A stretch of DNA of 64,000 nt from an uncultured delta proteobacterium (GTDB taxonomy: Bacteria; Desulfobacterota; RBG-13-43-22): NCBI GenBank assembly GCA_963790475.1, contig CAWBOS010000010.1:416001-480000 (forward strand), in the 5' to 3' direction. Shown one piece after another: positions 10,401 through 20,461 of this stretch. A program made the position numbers and the translations under genes. The notes beneath the pieces are model-generated. The model worked only from the letters and a program-made list of their open reading frames with translations, did no database searches and was not told where the DNA came from. Each line of letters opens with the position of its first letter. Positions within the stretch are counted from its first letter, which is position 1.

Positions 10401-11306
10401 TTAGAGGCGTGTCTGTCGAAATTTAGGATCCAGCCGAACCCGGAACCAGTCTCCCAGGAGGTTAAAGCTTAGGACCACCAGGAGAATGGCAATCCCGGGC
10501 CAGAGGCTGAGCCACCAGGCCTGACCGATATAATTCCGGCCTTCGCTAATCATCGAGCCCCAGGCCGGATCCGGAGGGGGGATCCCCAGGCCTAAGAAAC
10601 TCAAGGAGGCCTCGGCGATAATGACCACCCCCAGACTGAGGGTGGCCAACACGACCAGGCTGTTGACGATATTGGGAAAGATATGCCTGAGCATGATCCT
10701 GGTCTGGCTGCATCCGGCCACAATGGCCAGGCGGATGAAGTCGCCTTCTTTGAGTTTAAGCACTTCGGAGCGGAGCACCCGGGCATACCAGGCCCAGAAT
10801 ACCCCGGCCAGGACAATGATCAGATTATATTTGCTGGCCCCCAAGATAGCCGACAGGGTTACGGCCACGATTAGGAAGGGCATGGAAAGCACCATATCGA
10901 CCAGCCGCGCAATCAACATATCAGTTTTTCCCCCGAGATAGCCCCCTATTATGGCCAGCGTGGCCCCCAGTAAACCGGAAAAGACTACGACCATAATCCC
11001 GACTTCCAAAGAGGCCCCGGCGCCGACGATCATGCGGCTCAAAATGTCTCTTCCCAGATGGTCCGTGCCCAGAGGATAGGTCCAGAGCCCGCCGGTCATC
11101 CAGCAGGGAGGGGTGAGGGCCAAGCGAAAAGAGGTCCCTGTCGGATCATGGGGGGCGATCAGCTTTCCGAAAACACCACAGATGATAAAAATAATTATGG
11201 TGATGACGGGAAAGCGGGGGGCCTGTCCAATGGCGGAAATAATTTTTCTAAAAGGGATCTTTTGGATCAGTTCCAAGATCCGATGGGGTCTTTCTTCATC
11301 CGACAA
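10401..11306 (-). CDS. Peptide ABC permease (DppC-like)
   Basis: PLGTDHLGRDILSR, RHIFPN, EASLSFLGLG, FNLLGD. Confidence 0.92.
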   Translation of the reverse strand: MSDEERPHRILELIQKIPFRKIISAIGQAPRFPVITIIIFIICGVFGKLIAPHDPTGTSFRLALTPPCWMTGGLWTYPLGTDHLGRDILSRMIVGAGASLEVGIMVVVFSGLLGATLAIIGGYLGGKTDMLIARLVDMVLSMPFLIVAVTLSAILGASKYNLIIVLAGVFWAWYARVLRSEVLKLKEGDFIRLAIVAGCSQTRIMLRHIFPNIVNSLVVLATLSLGVVIIAEASLSFLGLGIPPPDPAWGSMISEGRNYIGQAWWLSLWPGIAILLVVLSFNLLGDWFRVRLDPKFRQTRL

Positions 11307-11327
11307 ATGAGAAACACTCCTTCTTTT

Positions 11328-12245
11328 TTAATGATACCTGATTCGGGGATCCAGGTAAGCATACAAAATGTCCACGATCAGATTGGCAAAAACAAAAAAG
11401 CTGGAGGATATCAGGACACACATCTGAACCACCGGATAATCCCGTCCAAAAATGGATTCAACCACCAGTCTCCCCAGGCCGGGCCAGTTAAAGACCGTTT
11501 CAATAATCATGGTCCCGTTCATCAGGGTTACGAATTGTAAGGCCGATACGGTAACCACCGGGGCGGCGGCATTTTTAAAGGCATGTTTTAAGATGACCTT
11601 GTACTCGGCCACTCCCTTGATCCGGGCCATTTTGAGATACTCGGCATCGAGGACATCGAGCATGGCCGATCGGCTCAAGCGGGTCAGTATCGCCATGGTG
11701 CCCCAGCCGAGGGTAAAGGCGGGCATGAGATAGTTTCTCCAGTCCCCCATCCCCGAGGTTGGTAGAATCCTGAACTGGGTGGAAAAAAGGATGATCAGCA
11801 GAATACCTACCCAGAAACCGGGCAGGGCCTGTCCCATCAGGGCGAATATCTTGCCGAAATTGTCAAATTTTCTGCCGACCTGTACGGAAGAATAAATGCC
11901 GATGGGGACCCCGAATATCAAGGCAAACCCCATACTGGCGATGGCCAGCTTCAGGGTGTTGGGAAACCGGTCCCAAAACATCTCGATGGCCGGCATATTC
12001 CCCCGGATGGATTTCCCGAAATCGCCCTGGACCACCCCGGAAACATACTTCCAATATTGGACATAAATGGGTTTGTCAAAACCGTAGTCAATCCGAATTT
12101 TTTCCAGATCTTCCCGGGTGGCGCTCTGAGGGGCCATGAGCGCGACCGGATCTCCGGTGAGGTGGGTTAACAGAAAAACGATCATCGATATCCCGATTAT
12201 CGTGATCAGGGCCTGCCCGAGTCGTTTAAGAATATAACGCTTCAT
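11328..12245 (-). CDS. Peptide ABC permease (DppB-like)
   Basis: MKRYILKRL, GDP, GDFGKS, IETVFNWPGLG, RDYPVVQ, LDPRI. Confidence 0.92.
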   Translation of the reverse strand: MKRYILKRLGQALITIIGISMIVFLLTHLTGDPVALMAPQSATREDLEKIRIDYGFDKPIYVQYWKYVSGVVQGDFGKSIRGNMPAIEMFWDRFPNTLKLAIASMGFALIFGVPIGIYSSVQVGRKFDNFGKIFALMGQALPGFWVGILLIILFSTQFRILPTSGMGDWRNYLMPAFTLGWGTMAILTRLSRSAMLDVLDAEYLKMARIKGVAEYKVILKHAFKNAAAPVVTVSALQFVTLMNGTMIIETVFNWPGLGRLVVESIFGRDYPVVQMCVLISSSFFVFANLIVDILYAYLDPRIRYH

Positions 12246-12710
12246 ATATTCCCTTGGGGTTAAGAAACCAACAGCCGGGTATATATACTCTCAATCTGTT
12301 TTATGACATTTTATCGCAGGTAAAATCAGGTCATAAAATCCGTGGTAAGGATGCACCCGAAAATAGCCACATCAGAACATCGGTGTATTTTCATAGCATC
12401 TAACTTTCACAAAAACAACTTTTTTTTATCACCTTGTCCTTTCTTTTATCAACGGTTCTACCTTTGAATCGTTTTAACCATGATTCCGGTTGGGTCCTAT
12501 CCTGTCCCAGTCTCTTATAGATGTTGGCCGTTTCCATATTTTTTCTTGACTCTTTCTTATTTTCTTATATTCTTTAATCCAAAATCCAAGAAGCAAACGA
12601 CCGATTGCTGTGACCAGGAAACAAGACATCTCAGACCGATGACATCATTGAGACGTTTTTTATTGTAGAAAAATCCCCAATACAGGCATCAAACAAAAGG
12701 AGGTCCGTGA

Positions 12711-14273
12711 ATGGCTGGAATCAGGATAAGGAATTTTCTTTTTTTGTGCTTCCTAACCTTAATATTGTCAATACTCCTCACCCCATCTTTGGGAATGGCC
12801 ATACCCCCCAAGGGGGAAGTAGTCTTTGCCACCTCTTCCGGCAGTTTTTTTCAGGTTGGCGGCGACCCGGCGACCCACACCAGCGGTTTCCCCGTCCTGG
12901 CCAGGACCGTTTTCGACTCCCTGGACTACGCCGATCATGAAGGAAAGTTGCTTCCAGCCCTGGCTAAATCTTGGAAGATCGCTCCGGATTGGAAATATAT
13001 TGATTTTTTCCTCCGGGACGATGTCACCTTTCATAACGGTGATAAGTTTACGGCCGAGGATGTAAAATTCAGCCTGGAAACCTACATGCGCAAGGATCTC
13101 AAGTTTCTCTTTGCCCCCTTGTGGTCACGGAACATCACTAATATAGAGATTCTTGGTCCCTATCATGTCCGCGTCCATATGAAGGGCCCGGACCCTGGAT
13201 TCATGGGCCGCCTCTGGTGGGCCGGAGGTATGATGCCCAAAAAATATCGGGAAAAGGTGGGCGATAAAGGCTTCGCCGACAAACCGATCGGCACCGGGCC
13301 ATTCAAATGGGTGGAATATAAGCAGGATTCGTACTGGAAGGTTGAGGCCGTTAAAAAACATTTCCGGCACACCCCGGTCATAAAGACTCTCAAAATGGTC
13401 TATGTGCCCGATCCGGCTACCCGCCTGGCCATGATCAAGGCCGGTGAGGCGGACATCACCAATGTTATTCCACCTCATGTCGCAGAGGTAAGATCAGACC
13501 CGAACCTGCGTTTGGAGTATGACAAATACGTTTCCCTGACCTGTCTGATTTTTGCCGATTTGAACAACGCGAAAGAACCGAGTCCGTTCAAAGATATCCG
13601 GGTCCGGGAAGCGGCCAGCCTGGCTATCGACCGTGAAGGGATTACCAAAAAAGTTCTCTTTGGGGTTTCCGAACCCTATGGTGACTTCTGCTCTCCCATT
13701 ACCCTGGGACATGATCCGTCGATAAAACCCGATCCCTATAATCCTGAAAGGGCCAAGAAACTCCTGGGCGAGGCGGGATATTCGAAGGGTTTTGAGACCG
13801 TGTTATCGGTCACCCCGGCTGACCGCTATTGGGCCGAAGCCATTGCCTTCAACCTGGGGGAGGTGGGAATAAAAACAAAAATCGACCTTATGGAAGCCGG
13901 GGCTTGGGTCCAAAAATACTTAGGAAGAAATTTCCGCGGACTGATCCCCAAGGGACTCTGGTATCACGCCGAGAGATCGCCATCGGCTGATGCCTCCGAT
14001 GACTTTCTGGAATATATGCCCTGGGCCTACAACACCACCCCGGAAATCAATAAGGCGGTTGTGGAAGGCATGAAGGCCTTGACCGACGCCGAAGATGTGG
14101 CCGCTGGAAAGAAAATTTCCAAGGCCATCCGGGAAAGCCGCAACAGGGTCCTTCTCTGGGCCAACCACATACCCTTTGCCTTGAGCACCAGAGTCGAGTA
14201 TTGGGAACCGGAGATCGGGGCCTTGCCACCCAGCGCCTTTGAAATGATTCGGTTGAAGAAGCAATATCAATAA
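12711..14273 (+). CDS. ABC substrate-binding protein, family 5
   Basis: Signal peptide; LLPALAKSW, FHNGDKFTAEDVKFS, PIGTGPFK, DIRVREA. Confidence 0.9.
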   Translation: MAGIRIRNFLFLCFLTLILSILLTPSLGMAIPPKGEVVFATSSGSFFQVGGDPATHTSGFPVLARTVFDSLDYADHEGKLLPALAKSWKIAPDWKYIDFFLRDDVTFHNGDKFTAEDVKFSLETYMRKDLKFLFAPLWSRNITNIEILGPYHVRVHMKGPDPGFMGRLWWAGGMMPKKYREKVGDKGFADKPIGTGPFKWVEYKQDSYWKVEAVKKHFRHTPVIKTLKMVYVPDPATRLAMIKAGEADITNVIPPHVAEVRSDPNLRLEYDKYVSLTCLIFADLNNAKEPSPFKDIRVREAASLAIDREGITKKVLFGVSEPYGDFCSPITLGHDPSIKPDPYNPERAKKLLGEAGYSKGFETVLSVTPADRYWAEAIAFNLGEVGIKTKIDLMEAGAWVQKYLGRNFRGLIPKGLWYHAERSPSADASDDFLEYMPWAYNTTPEINKAVVEGMKALTDAEDVAAGKKISKAIRESRNRVLLWANHIPFALSTRVEYWEPEIGALPPSAFEMIRLKKQYQ

Positions 14274-14288
14274 TAGCGATAAAGAGGT

Positions 14289-14362
14289 TCCCGGCTTGAG
14301 GCCGGGAGATAAAAAAGCATCTCCGGAAAGGCGAAAAATATGATCCTCTCCGGAGATGCTTT
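14289..14362. terminator. Hairpins between convergent SBP genes (probable bidirectional terminator)
   Basis: TCCCGGC-ttgag-GCCGGGA and AAAGCATCTCCGGA...TCCGGAGATGCTTT. Confidence 0.6.
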
Positions 14363-14391
14363 CAGGCTGACTCTGCTATCTCTTATCTGTT

Positions 14392-15942
14392 CTAATCCTT
14401 CACCTTCATATACTCAAAACGGGTGGCCGGGTAGGACCCTAATTGCTGGTCCCACTGGACGATTTTTTTATTGGTGCCATAATTCGCAAAAAGGGACCAG
14501 AGATGCATGTTGACCCGACTTTCCCGGATGACCTTGGAAAGTTTCCGGCCCCATTCTGCCGCCTCCTTATCATTCTTGGCCGCCATAGTTTGTTTGAGGG
14601 CGTCATCGATCTCCTTGTTGGTAACATAGGCATAGGGGGCTTGCAGGGCATAGCCGTCTTCCAGGTCGGCCCCGGCGTTTTGTTCGGCATCATACCAAGA
14701 ATTTCGCACGATAAGACCTCGCAGTTTTTTGCCGATAACGGCGGAAGTTATAGCGGCGGTTTCCCAGATTTTTATGTCGGCTTTAATACCGACATCGGCC
14801 AGATTGGCGGCGATGGCCTCCACCCAATATCTTTGGCCCGCGGTAGCGTTGAAGATGGTCTGGAATCCAGTGGGGTAGCCGGCCTTGGCCAACAACTCTT
14901 TGGCCTTCGCCGGATCATAAGGATCGGGCTTGACCGTTGGGTCCCAGCCCATACTGTAGGGAGACATCACCTCACCATAGGGCTCGGCTCCGCCGAAGAG
15001 CACTTTGTCGCAGATCCCCTTGCGATCGACGGCCAGGCTGGCCGCTTCACGGACCCGGATATCCTGAAAGGGGCTTTTTTCCTCCGGAAAGGGAAGATCG
15101 GCGTAGCCCAGGGTCTGGCCGATGATGTGCTTGATTTGAATGAGTTTCAGATTAGGGTCCGATTTGACCTGGGGAATATGCGGGCCGGCCAGGACGATGA
15201 TATCGGCTTCTCCGGCCTTCAACATGGCCAGCCTGGTCGAGTTATCTTCCACATAGACGATTTTAAGAGTCTTGAATTCAGGGGTCTTGCGGTGATGCTT
15301 GGGCAGGGCTTCCATGGTCATATACTGGTCCTGTTTATAATCCACCCACTTGAATGGCCCCGAACCGATCGGTTTGTCGGCAAAGCCGGCATCTCCGACC
15401 TTTTCCCGGTATTTTTTGGGCATGATCGCCCCATCCCACCACAGGCGTTTCCATAAATCGGGGGCCGGCATTTTAAGATTAAATCGTACCTTGTAAGGAC
15501 CGAGGACCTCGATACTTTTGATCTTGGAGCGATAGCCAAACCCCACGACTAATCTTAATTCCGGACGCATGAGCGTTTCGAAACTGAATTTCACATCCTC
15601 GGCCGTCAGGGGATCGCCGTTGTGGAATTTAATTCCTTGGTTAAGATCAAAATCAACATAACTCCAGTCGGGGGCGATCTTCCACGATTTGGCTACCGAG
15701 GGGATAGAGGACAGGTTTACGCCGATATCGATCAAACCTTCAAAAACCGTGGTGGCGATCAACGGCCCCGATCCGCCGAAATGAGAGGCCGGATCGCCTC
15801 CCCTTTGGTAGAAGATGCCTAAGTTGCTGGCATAGACGACCTGCCCTTTCTGGGCGGAATGTCCGCTCAAAGGAAATATCATCAATAAAAGAAGCCACCC
15901 CATCAAATGAACGATTGCCTGTTTACTCCTGTTTGGTTTCAT
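14392..15942 (-). CDS. ABC substrate-binding protein, family 5 (paralog of 12711-14273)
   Basis: Shares AKSWKIAPDW, MPKKYREKVGD.GFADKPIG.GPFKWV.YKQD and SPF.DIRVREAASLA. Confidence 0.9.
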   Translation of the reverse strand: MKPNRSKQAIVHLMGWLLLLMIFPLSGHSAQKGQVVYASNLGIFYQRGGDPASHFGGSGPLIATTVFEGLIDIGVNLSSIPSVAKSWKIAPDWSYVDFDLNQGIKFHNGDPLTAEDVKFSFETLMRPELRLVVGFGYRSKIKSIEVLGPYKVRFNLKMPAPDLWKRLWWDGAIMPKKYREKVGDAGFADKPIGSGPFKWVDYKQDQYMTMEALPKHHRKTPEFKTLKIVYVEDNSTRLAMLKAGEADIIVLAGPHIPQVKSDPNLKLIQIKHIIGQTLGYADLPFPEEKSPFQDIRVREAASLAVDRKGICDKVLFGGAEPYGEVMSPYSMGWDPTVKPDPYDPAKAKELLAKAGYPTGFQTIFNATAGQRYWVEAIAANLADVGIKADIKIWETAAITSAVIGKKLRGLIVRNSWYDAEQNAGADLEDGYALQAPYAYVTNKEIDDALKQTMAAKNDKEAAEWGRKLSKVIRESRVNMHLWSLFANYGTNKKIVQWDQQLGSYPATRFEYMKVKD

Positions 15943-16076
15943 CCCAATCCTCCTTTTTGCTCTGATCTCTCGTTTTCGGATAAGATTTCACAACGGATTT
16001 GATCTTTATAGGACTTATTTAAACCTATCTAAAATGGTAATTTGATTTGAGGGAAATGGCACTTCTTAATAAGAAA

Positions 16077-16105
16077 ATTATATTGGTACTGAAATGACCT
16101 GTCAA
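16077..16105 (-). promoter_or_regulatory. Perfect-consensus sigma-70 promoter for the SBP gene starting at 15942
   Basis: TTGACA-17 nt-TATAAT on the minus strand. Confidence 0.75.
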
Positions 16106-16127
16106 GAGAATTTGAACCGACGATTCT

Positions 16128-16757
16128 TCATTCCCAGAATTTCATCAAATCTTGGGAAGAGGATACGATGCAGACCCGCTTTAATATCTTGAGCGCATAT
16201 TCGTGCATCTCCTGGTCGGGTGAAGAGACACAATCTTCAACGACTATGGTATAAAATCCCCGGTTAGCGGAATCCCTGGCACTGGAGGCGATTCCTATCT
16301 CCGTGGTGATGCCGGTGAAGATTATCGTTTGTATCCCTTTGACACGCATCATCTGCTCAAAATGGGTGCCGATGAATATGCTGGCCGTGTGTTTGTCCAG
16401 GACCATCTCACCTCTTTCAGGGAAAATCTCCCGATGGATTTCCGCTTCTGGGGTTCCGGGAATCAGGAATCGGGGGACCTTCTCAGGATCGTCCACCCCG
16501 AAGCGCTTCATGAACATGTAAGTTCTAAAAGGGGATTCGTATTCCCTGGGCAACGGTATTATTTTGGTGTAGATGATCGGAATTTGAGATTTTCGGGTTT
16601 TATCGAGCAGTGACTTGGAATTATTTAAAAAGGCTTCCCGGTTAAAAATTCTTTCTACCAGCAGGTTTTGAACATCCCAGACCACCAGGGCCGTATGGGA
16701 GGGGTCGACGATATCTTTCAGTCGGGTATGGATGGTCGGGATTGTTTTATTGGACAT
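16128..16757 (-). CDS. Isochorismatase-family hydrolase (YecD-like, no catalytic Cys)
   Basis: ALVVWDVQN, K..ASIF.GT, GITTEIGIASSARD. Confidence 0.85.
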   Translation of the reverse strand: MSNKTIPTIHTRLKDIVDPSHTALVVWDVQNLLVERIFNREAFLNNSKSLLDKTRKSQIPIIYTKIIPLPREYESPFRTYMFMKRFGVDDPEKVPRFLIPGTPEAEIHREIFPERGEMVLDKHTASIFIGTHFEQMMRVKGIQTIIFTGITTEIGIASSARDSANRGFYTIVVEDCVSSPDQEMHEYALKILKRVCIVSSSQDLMKFWE

Positions 16758-16901
16758 GTCCCTTCTCCTTTTATCCATTGACGGTCTTACCTCATGGGAA
16801 ACTTTTTTGCAAGGATTTTTATCTTGATAAAATTAAGGCTTGCTTCGATAATGTTTTCCAGAGACCTATTTTTAACACTATGAGGTTGAGGAGGATAAAT
16901 C

Positions 16902-18503
16902 ATGAATAAACCGAAAAGCCTGCCGTTGCTTGATGATAAGGATTTCCCCATCAATCGTATCCGCCAAACCATGGTCCGGGGCACAGGAACGGATATCGAA
17001 GAACTTAGAGAAAAGCCCTTGATTGCTGTGGTCAATTCCCATACGGAGTTGCACCCCGGACACATGCACCTCGGCTTCCTGGGCGAGAAAGTTAAGAATG
17101 GGGTCCAGGCGGCCGGTGGCATACCTTTTGAATTCAATGTCCCGGCCCCCTGTGATGGGATGACGGAAGGTCACGAAGGGATGCGCTATATTTTGCCGCA
17201 GCGGGAACTGATCGCCGATATAGTCGAAACCCATATCCGCAGCATGCTTTTCGATGGTATGGTTATGATCGCCAGTTGCGACAAGATCATTCCGGGGATG
17301 ATCATGGCCGCCGCCCGATTGGACATCCCCACTATTTTTTTGACCGGCGGACCCAATGTCTGGCAAAGACAGATCGTTGGGGAAAAAAGACCGGATGGCT
17401 CCAATATCGCTTCCTGTGGGGCTTGTGATATTATGGGAACGGCGAACACTTTTCAATGTATGGCCGAGGTTCTGGGACTGACCATCCCCGGTTCGGCCAA
17501 TGTCCCGGGCTTTCACACCGACAAGTTGCTCTTTGCCCGTCAGTCCGGTAAACGGATTGTCCAGATGGTCGAAGAAGGGCTTTCGGCCAGGAAGATTCTG
17601 ACTGCCAAGGCTATTGAAAATGCCGTCATCATGGATCTGGCCATTGGGGGGTCAACCAATTCCACCCTTCATCTGCCGGCCATTGCCCACGAGCTGGGGC
17701 TGTCGCTACCCCTGTCCCGATTCAATGAACTCAACCGAAAAATTCCCACGCTGCTCTCCATTCGCCCCAGCGGACCCCACGGGATCATAGATCTTTATGC
17801 CGCGGGGGGGATCCCGGCGGTGATGAAGGTCCTGGCTGAAGATTTAAATCTGGAAGCCCTCACGGTCACCGGCAAAACCCTCGAAGAGGTTGTAAAGGAA
17901 GCCCGGGTTTTTGATGAAACCGTTATACGACCCAGGGATAAACCCTACCTGCCCGAGGGCGGCACTGTAGTTCTCTTTGGAAACCTGGCCCCGGATGGGG
18001 CGGTGATCAAACAATCGGCCGTGGCCCCGGACATGCGGACCTTCACCGGAAAGGCCCGGGTCATGGAATCAGAGAGCGAAGCATTGAAGGCCTTGCGAAA
18101 AAAAGTCATCCAGGAAGAGGAGGTGATCGTTATTCGCAATGAAGGACCCAAAGGAGGACCGGGGATGCCGGAAACCCTGGCCGTAACCCTGGCCTTGCTC
18201 ACTTCGGGTTTAAAACGGGTGGCCTTGATTACCGACGGCCGTTTTTCCGGTGCCACTTCCGGTCCCTGCGTGGGGCATATCTCACCGGAAGCCTATGTGG
18301 GCGGCCCCATAGCGGCGCTGCGAAACGGGGACCAGATAGAAATCGACATCCCCAACCGAAAACTTGAGGTGAAACTCTCCGACGAAGAGATCCGCCAGCG
18401 CCTTCAGGGATATAAACCCATAAAAAAAGAGGTGCCGCCGGGTTTCATGCAGCGATATATCAAATATGTGGGTTCGGCGGCCAAAGGGGCCCTATTGGAG
18501 TAG
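16902..18503 (+). CDS. ilvD: Dihydroxy-acid dehydratase family (IlvD/Edd)
   Basis: PCDG, SCDKIIPG, GTANT, GGSTN, EGPKGGPGMPE, LITDGRFSGAT, GHISPEA. Confidence 0.85.
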   Translation: MNKPKSLPLLDDKDFPINRIRQTMVRGTGTDIEELREKPLIAVVNSHTELHPGHMHLGFLGEKVKNGVQAAGGIPFEFNVPAPCDGMTEGHEGMRYILPQRELIADIVETHIRSMLFDGMVMIASCDKIIPGMIMAAARLDIPTIFLTGGPNVWQRQIVGEKRPDGSNIASCGACDIMGTANTFQCMAEVLGLTIPGSANVPGFHTDKLLFARQSGKRIVQMVEEGLSARKILTAKAIENAVIMDLAIGGSTNSTLHLPAIAHELGLSLPLSRFNELNRKIPTLLSIRPSGPHGIIDLYAAGGIPAVMKVLAEDLNLEALTVTGKTLEEVVKEARVFDETVIRPRDKPYLPEGGTVVLFGNLAPDGAVIKQSAVAPDMRTFTGKARVMESESEALKALRKKVIQEEEVIVIRNEGPKGGPGMPETLAVTLALLTSGLKRVALITDGRFSGATSGPCVGHISPEAYVGGPIAALRNGDQIEIDIPNRKLEVKLSDEEIRQRLQGYKPIKKEVPPGFMQRYIKYVGSAAKGALLE

Positions 18504-18514
18504 GCGAAAGAAAA

Positions 18515-19246
18515 ATGGTTGCCAAAAGGGGTAACCACGTAGGGAAGATATTTGTTTTCGTTCTATTATGTGCTGTGGCCGGTCCCTCCTGCGCGTCATC
18601 AGGTGAGGAGTCCTTCACCTTAAACCGGCAGAAAATGGTTAAGGAGCAGATCGAGGGGCGGGGAATTACCGACCAGCGGGTATTGGAGGTGATGAGGAAA
18701 GTCCCGCGCCATTTATTTGTCCCCGCTCCGTTGCAGAACCTGGCTTATGACGACAGTCCCCTCCCTATCGGACAGGGGCAGACCATCTCCCAGCCCTATA
18801 TTGTCGCCTACATGACCGAGGCGGTGAAGATCAGCCCCCGGGATCGTGTTCTTGAAATCGGGACGGGATCCGGGTACCAGGCAGCGGTGCTGGGCGAGCT
18901 GGCCAAAGAGGTTTACACCATAGAAATAGTTAAACCTCTGGCGGAGAGTGCCCGCCTGCTTTTAGAAAAATCAGGATATAAGAACATCAAAATAAGATGG
19001 GGAGACGGGTATCAGGGATGGAAAGAACAGGCTCCCTTTGATGCCATCATCGTTACCGCTGCCCCGGCAGAGGTGCCGGAGGAACTGGTCAAACAGCTCA
19101 GGATCGGGGGAAGAATAGTGGTCCCCATAGGAGGTTTCTTCCAGGAACTTTACCTCATTACCAAAACGAAAAAGGGAATAAAAAAGGAGACCCTCTTGCC
19201 GGTCCGTTTCGTCCCCATGGTCAAACCGTCCGGGGCGGGAGAATAA
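18515..19246 (+). CDS. pcm: Protein-L-isoaspartate O-methyltransferase with signal-peptide-like N-terminus
   Basis: VPRHLFVP, GQTISQPY, VLEIGTGSGYQAA, GDGYQGW..APFD, VRFVPM. Confidence 0.92.
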   Translation: MVAKRGNHVGKIFVFVLLCAVAGPSCASSGEESFTLNRQKMVKEQIEGRGITDQRVLEVMRKVPRHLFVPAPLQNLAYDDSPLPIGQGQTISQPYIVAYMTEAVKISPRDRVLEIGTGSGYQAAVLGELAKEVYTIEIVKPLAESARLLLEKSGYKNIKIRWGDGYQGWKEQAPFDAIIVTAAPAEVPEELVKQLRIGGRIVVPIGGFFQELYLITKTKKGIKKETLLPVRFVPMVKPSGAGE

Positions 19247-19261
19247 AATCCTGAAGGTCTC

Positions 19262-20461
19262 TTACTTCCTACAGCTTTCGATGGATTCCCGGAATATCAT
19301 CAGCCCTTTTTCCATCTCCTTTTTCCCGATGTTCAGGGCCGGAAATATCCGGATCATGTTCCCCTGAGTTTGTCTGACAAAAAGCCCCTCGGCCAGACAG
19401 GCAGCGGTGATCCGAGTGGCCATCTCTTCGCTTCGGAACTCAACAGCCAGCAGCAACCCCAGTCCGCGGACATCGGTGATCATTTCCGGAAAGGACAGTT
19501 TCCAGCCCTTCATATGCTGAAGGGCCAGATGGCCCATTTCCTGAACATTGGCCGAGATCTGATGATCGAGCAGATAGCGGATCACGGCATAGGACACGGC
19601 ACATCCCAGAGGGTTACCGCAATAGGTCCCGCCGTGATCACCGGGTTCCAGCCGGGCGGCCACTGCTTCCGACATAGCAAAGGCGCCAAAAGGAAAACCT
19701 CCGGCGATCCCTTTGGCCATAGTCAAGAAGTCGGCATCGGCGCAGGAGCGGCTGATGGCAAACATGGGTCCGCAGCGGCAAAAACCGGTTTGAACCTCGT
19801 CGATGATGAGCAGGCTGCCGTTTTTTTTGCACATCATGCTGACCTGATGGAGATATTCCTCGGAAGGAATCCGGACTCCCCCTTCCCCTTGAACGGGTTC
19901 CAGAATGATTGCGGCCACTGAGCCGTCGAGACTCTGTTGCAAGGCCTTAAGATCGTTAAAGGGGATAAAATGGTAGTTGGGCATCAAGGGATTGAATTTC
20001 TCCCGGTGTTTGGCTTGGCCGGTGGCCGAAGCGGTGCTGATCGTCCGCCCATGGAAGCTCTGATGGGTCGATATCACATCCATCCTCCCGCTAACCTTAC
20101 GGGCCAGCTTGATGGCCGCATCGTTGGCTTCGGCCCCGCTGTTGGAGAAGAAGACCCTGGTCAGGTTCGAAGGCAATATCTCCCGCATCAACGCCAGAAG
20201 GTTGGCCCGTATGGGCGAGTAGGTCAATCCGGAATTGGGGTTTTGGATGATCTTCCGGCTCTGTTCCAGAAGGGCATTGGTGATGACGGGGGAGGCATGT
20301 CCCAGGCAGGTGACCCCCCAACCGGAAGTGAAGTCCAGAAACCGTTTCCCTTCCTCATCCCAACAATAAACCCCCTCACCCCGTTCTATAGAAACGGGAA
20401 TTTTGCTGAAGAACGGCGGTGAGGATTGATCTTCAATTTCAATGGTCTTTTGGGTGCTCAT
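19262..20461 (-). CDS. Class III PLP aminotransferase (ArgD-like)
   Basis: NSGAEAN, SFHGRT, EPVQGEGG, DEVQTGF, AKGIAGG, HGGTYCGNPL. Confidence 0.85.
   Translation of the reverse strand: MSTQKTIEIEDQSSPPFFSKIPVSIERGEGVYCWDEEGKRFLDFTSGWGVTCLGHASPVITNALLEQSRKIIQNPNSGLTYSPIRANLLALMREILPSNLTRVFFSNSGAEANDAAIKLARKVSGRMDVISTHQSFHGRTISTASATGQAKHREKFNPLMPNYHFIPFNDLKALQQSLDGSVAAIILEPVQGEGGVRIPSEEYLHQVSMMCKKNGSLLIIDEVQTGFCRCGPMFAISRSCADADFLTMAKGIAGGFPFGAFAMSEAVAARLEPGDHGGTYCGNPLGCAVSYAVIRYLLDHQISANVQEMGHLALQHMKGWKLSFPEMITDVRGLGLLLAVEFRSEEMATRITAACLAEGLFVRQTQGNMIRIFPALNIGKKEMEKGLMIFRESIESCRK

Noticed and set aside
14443-15456. 337-aa plus-strand ORF
   Set aside because: Antisense shadow of the SBP gene, with no motifs.
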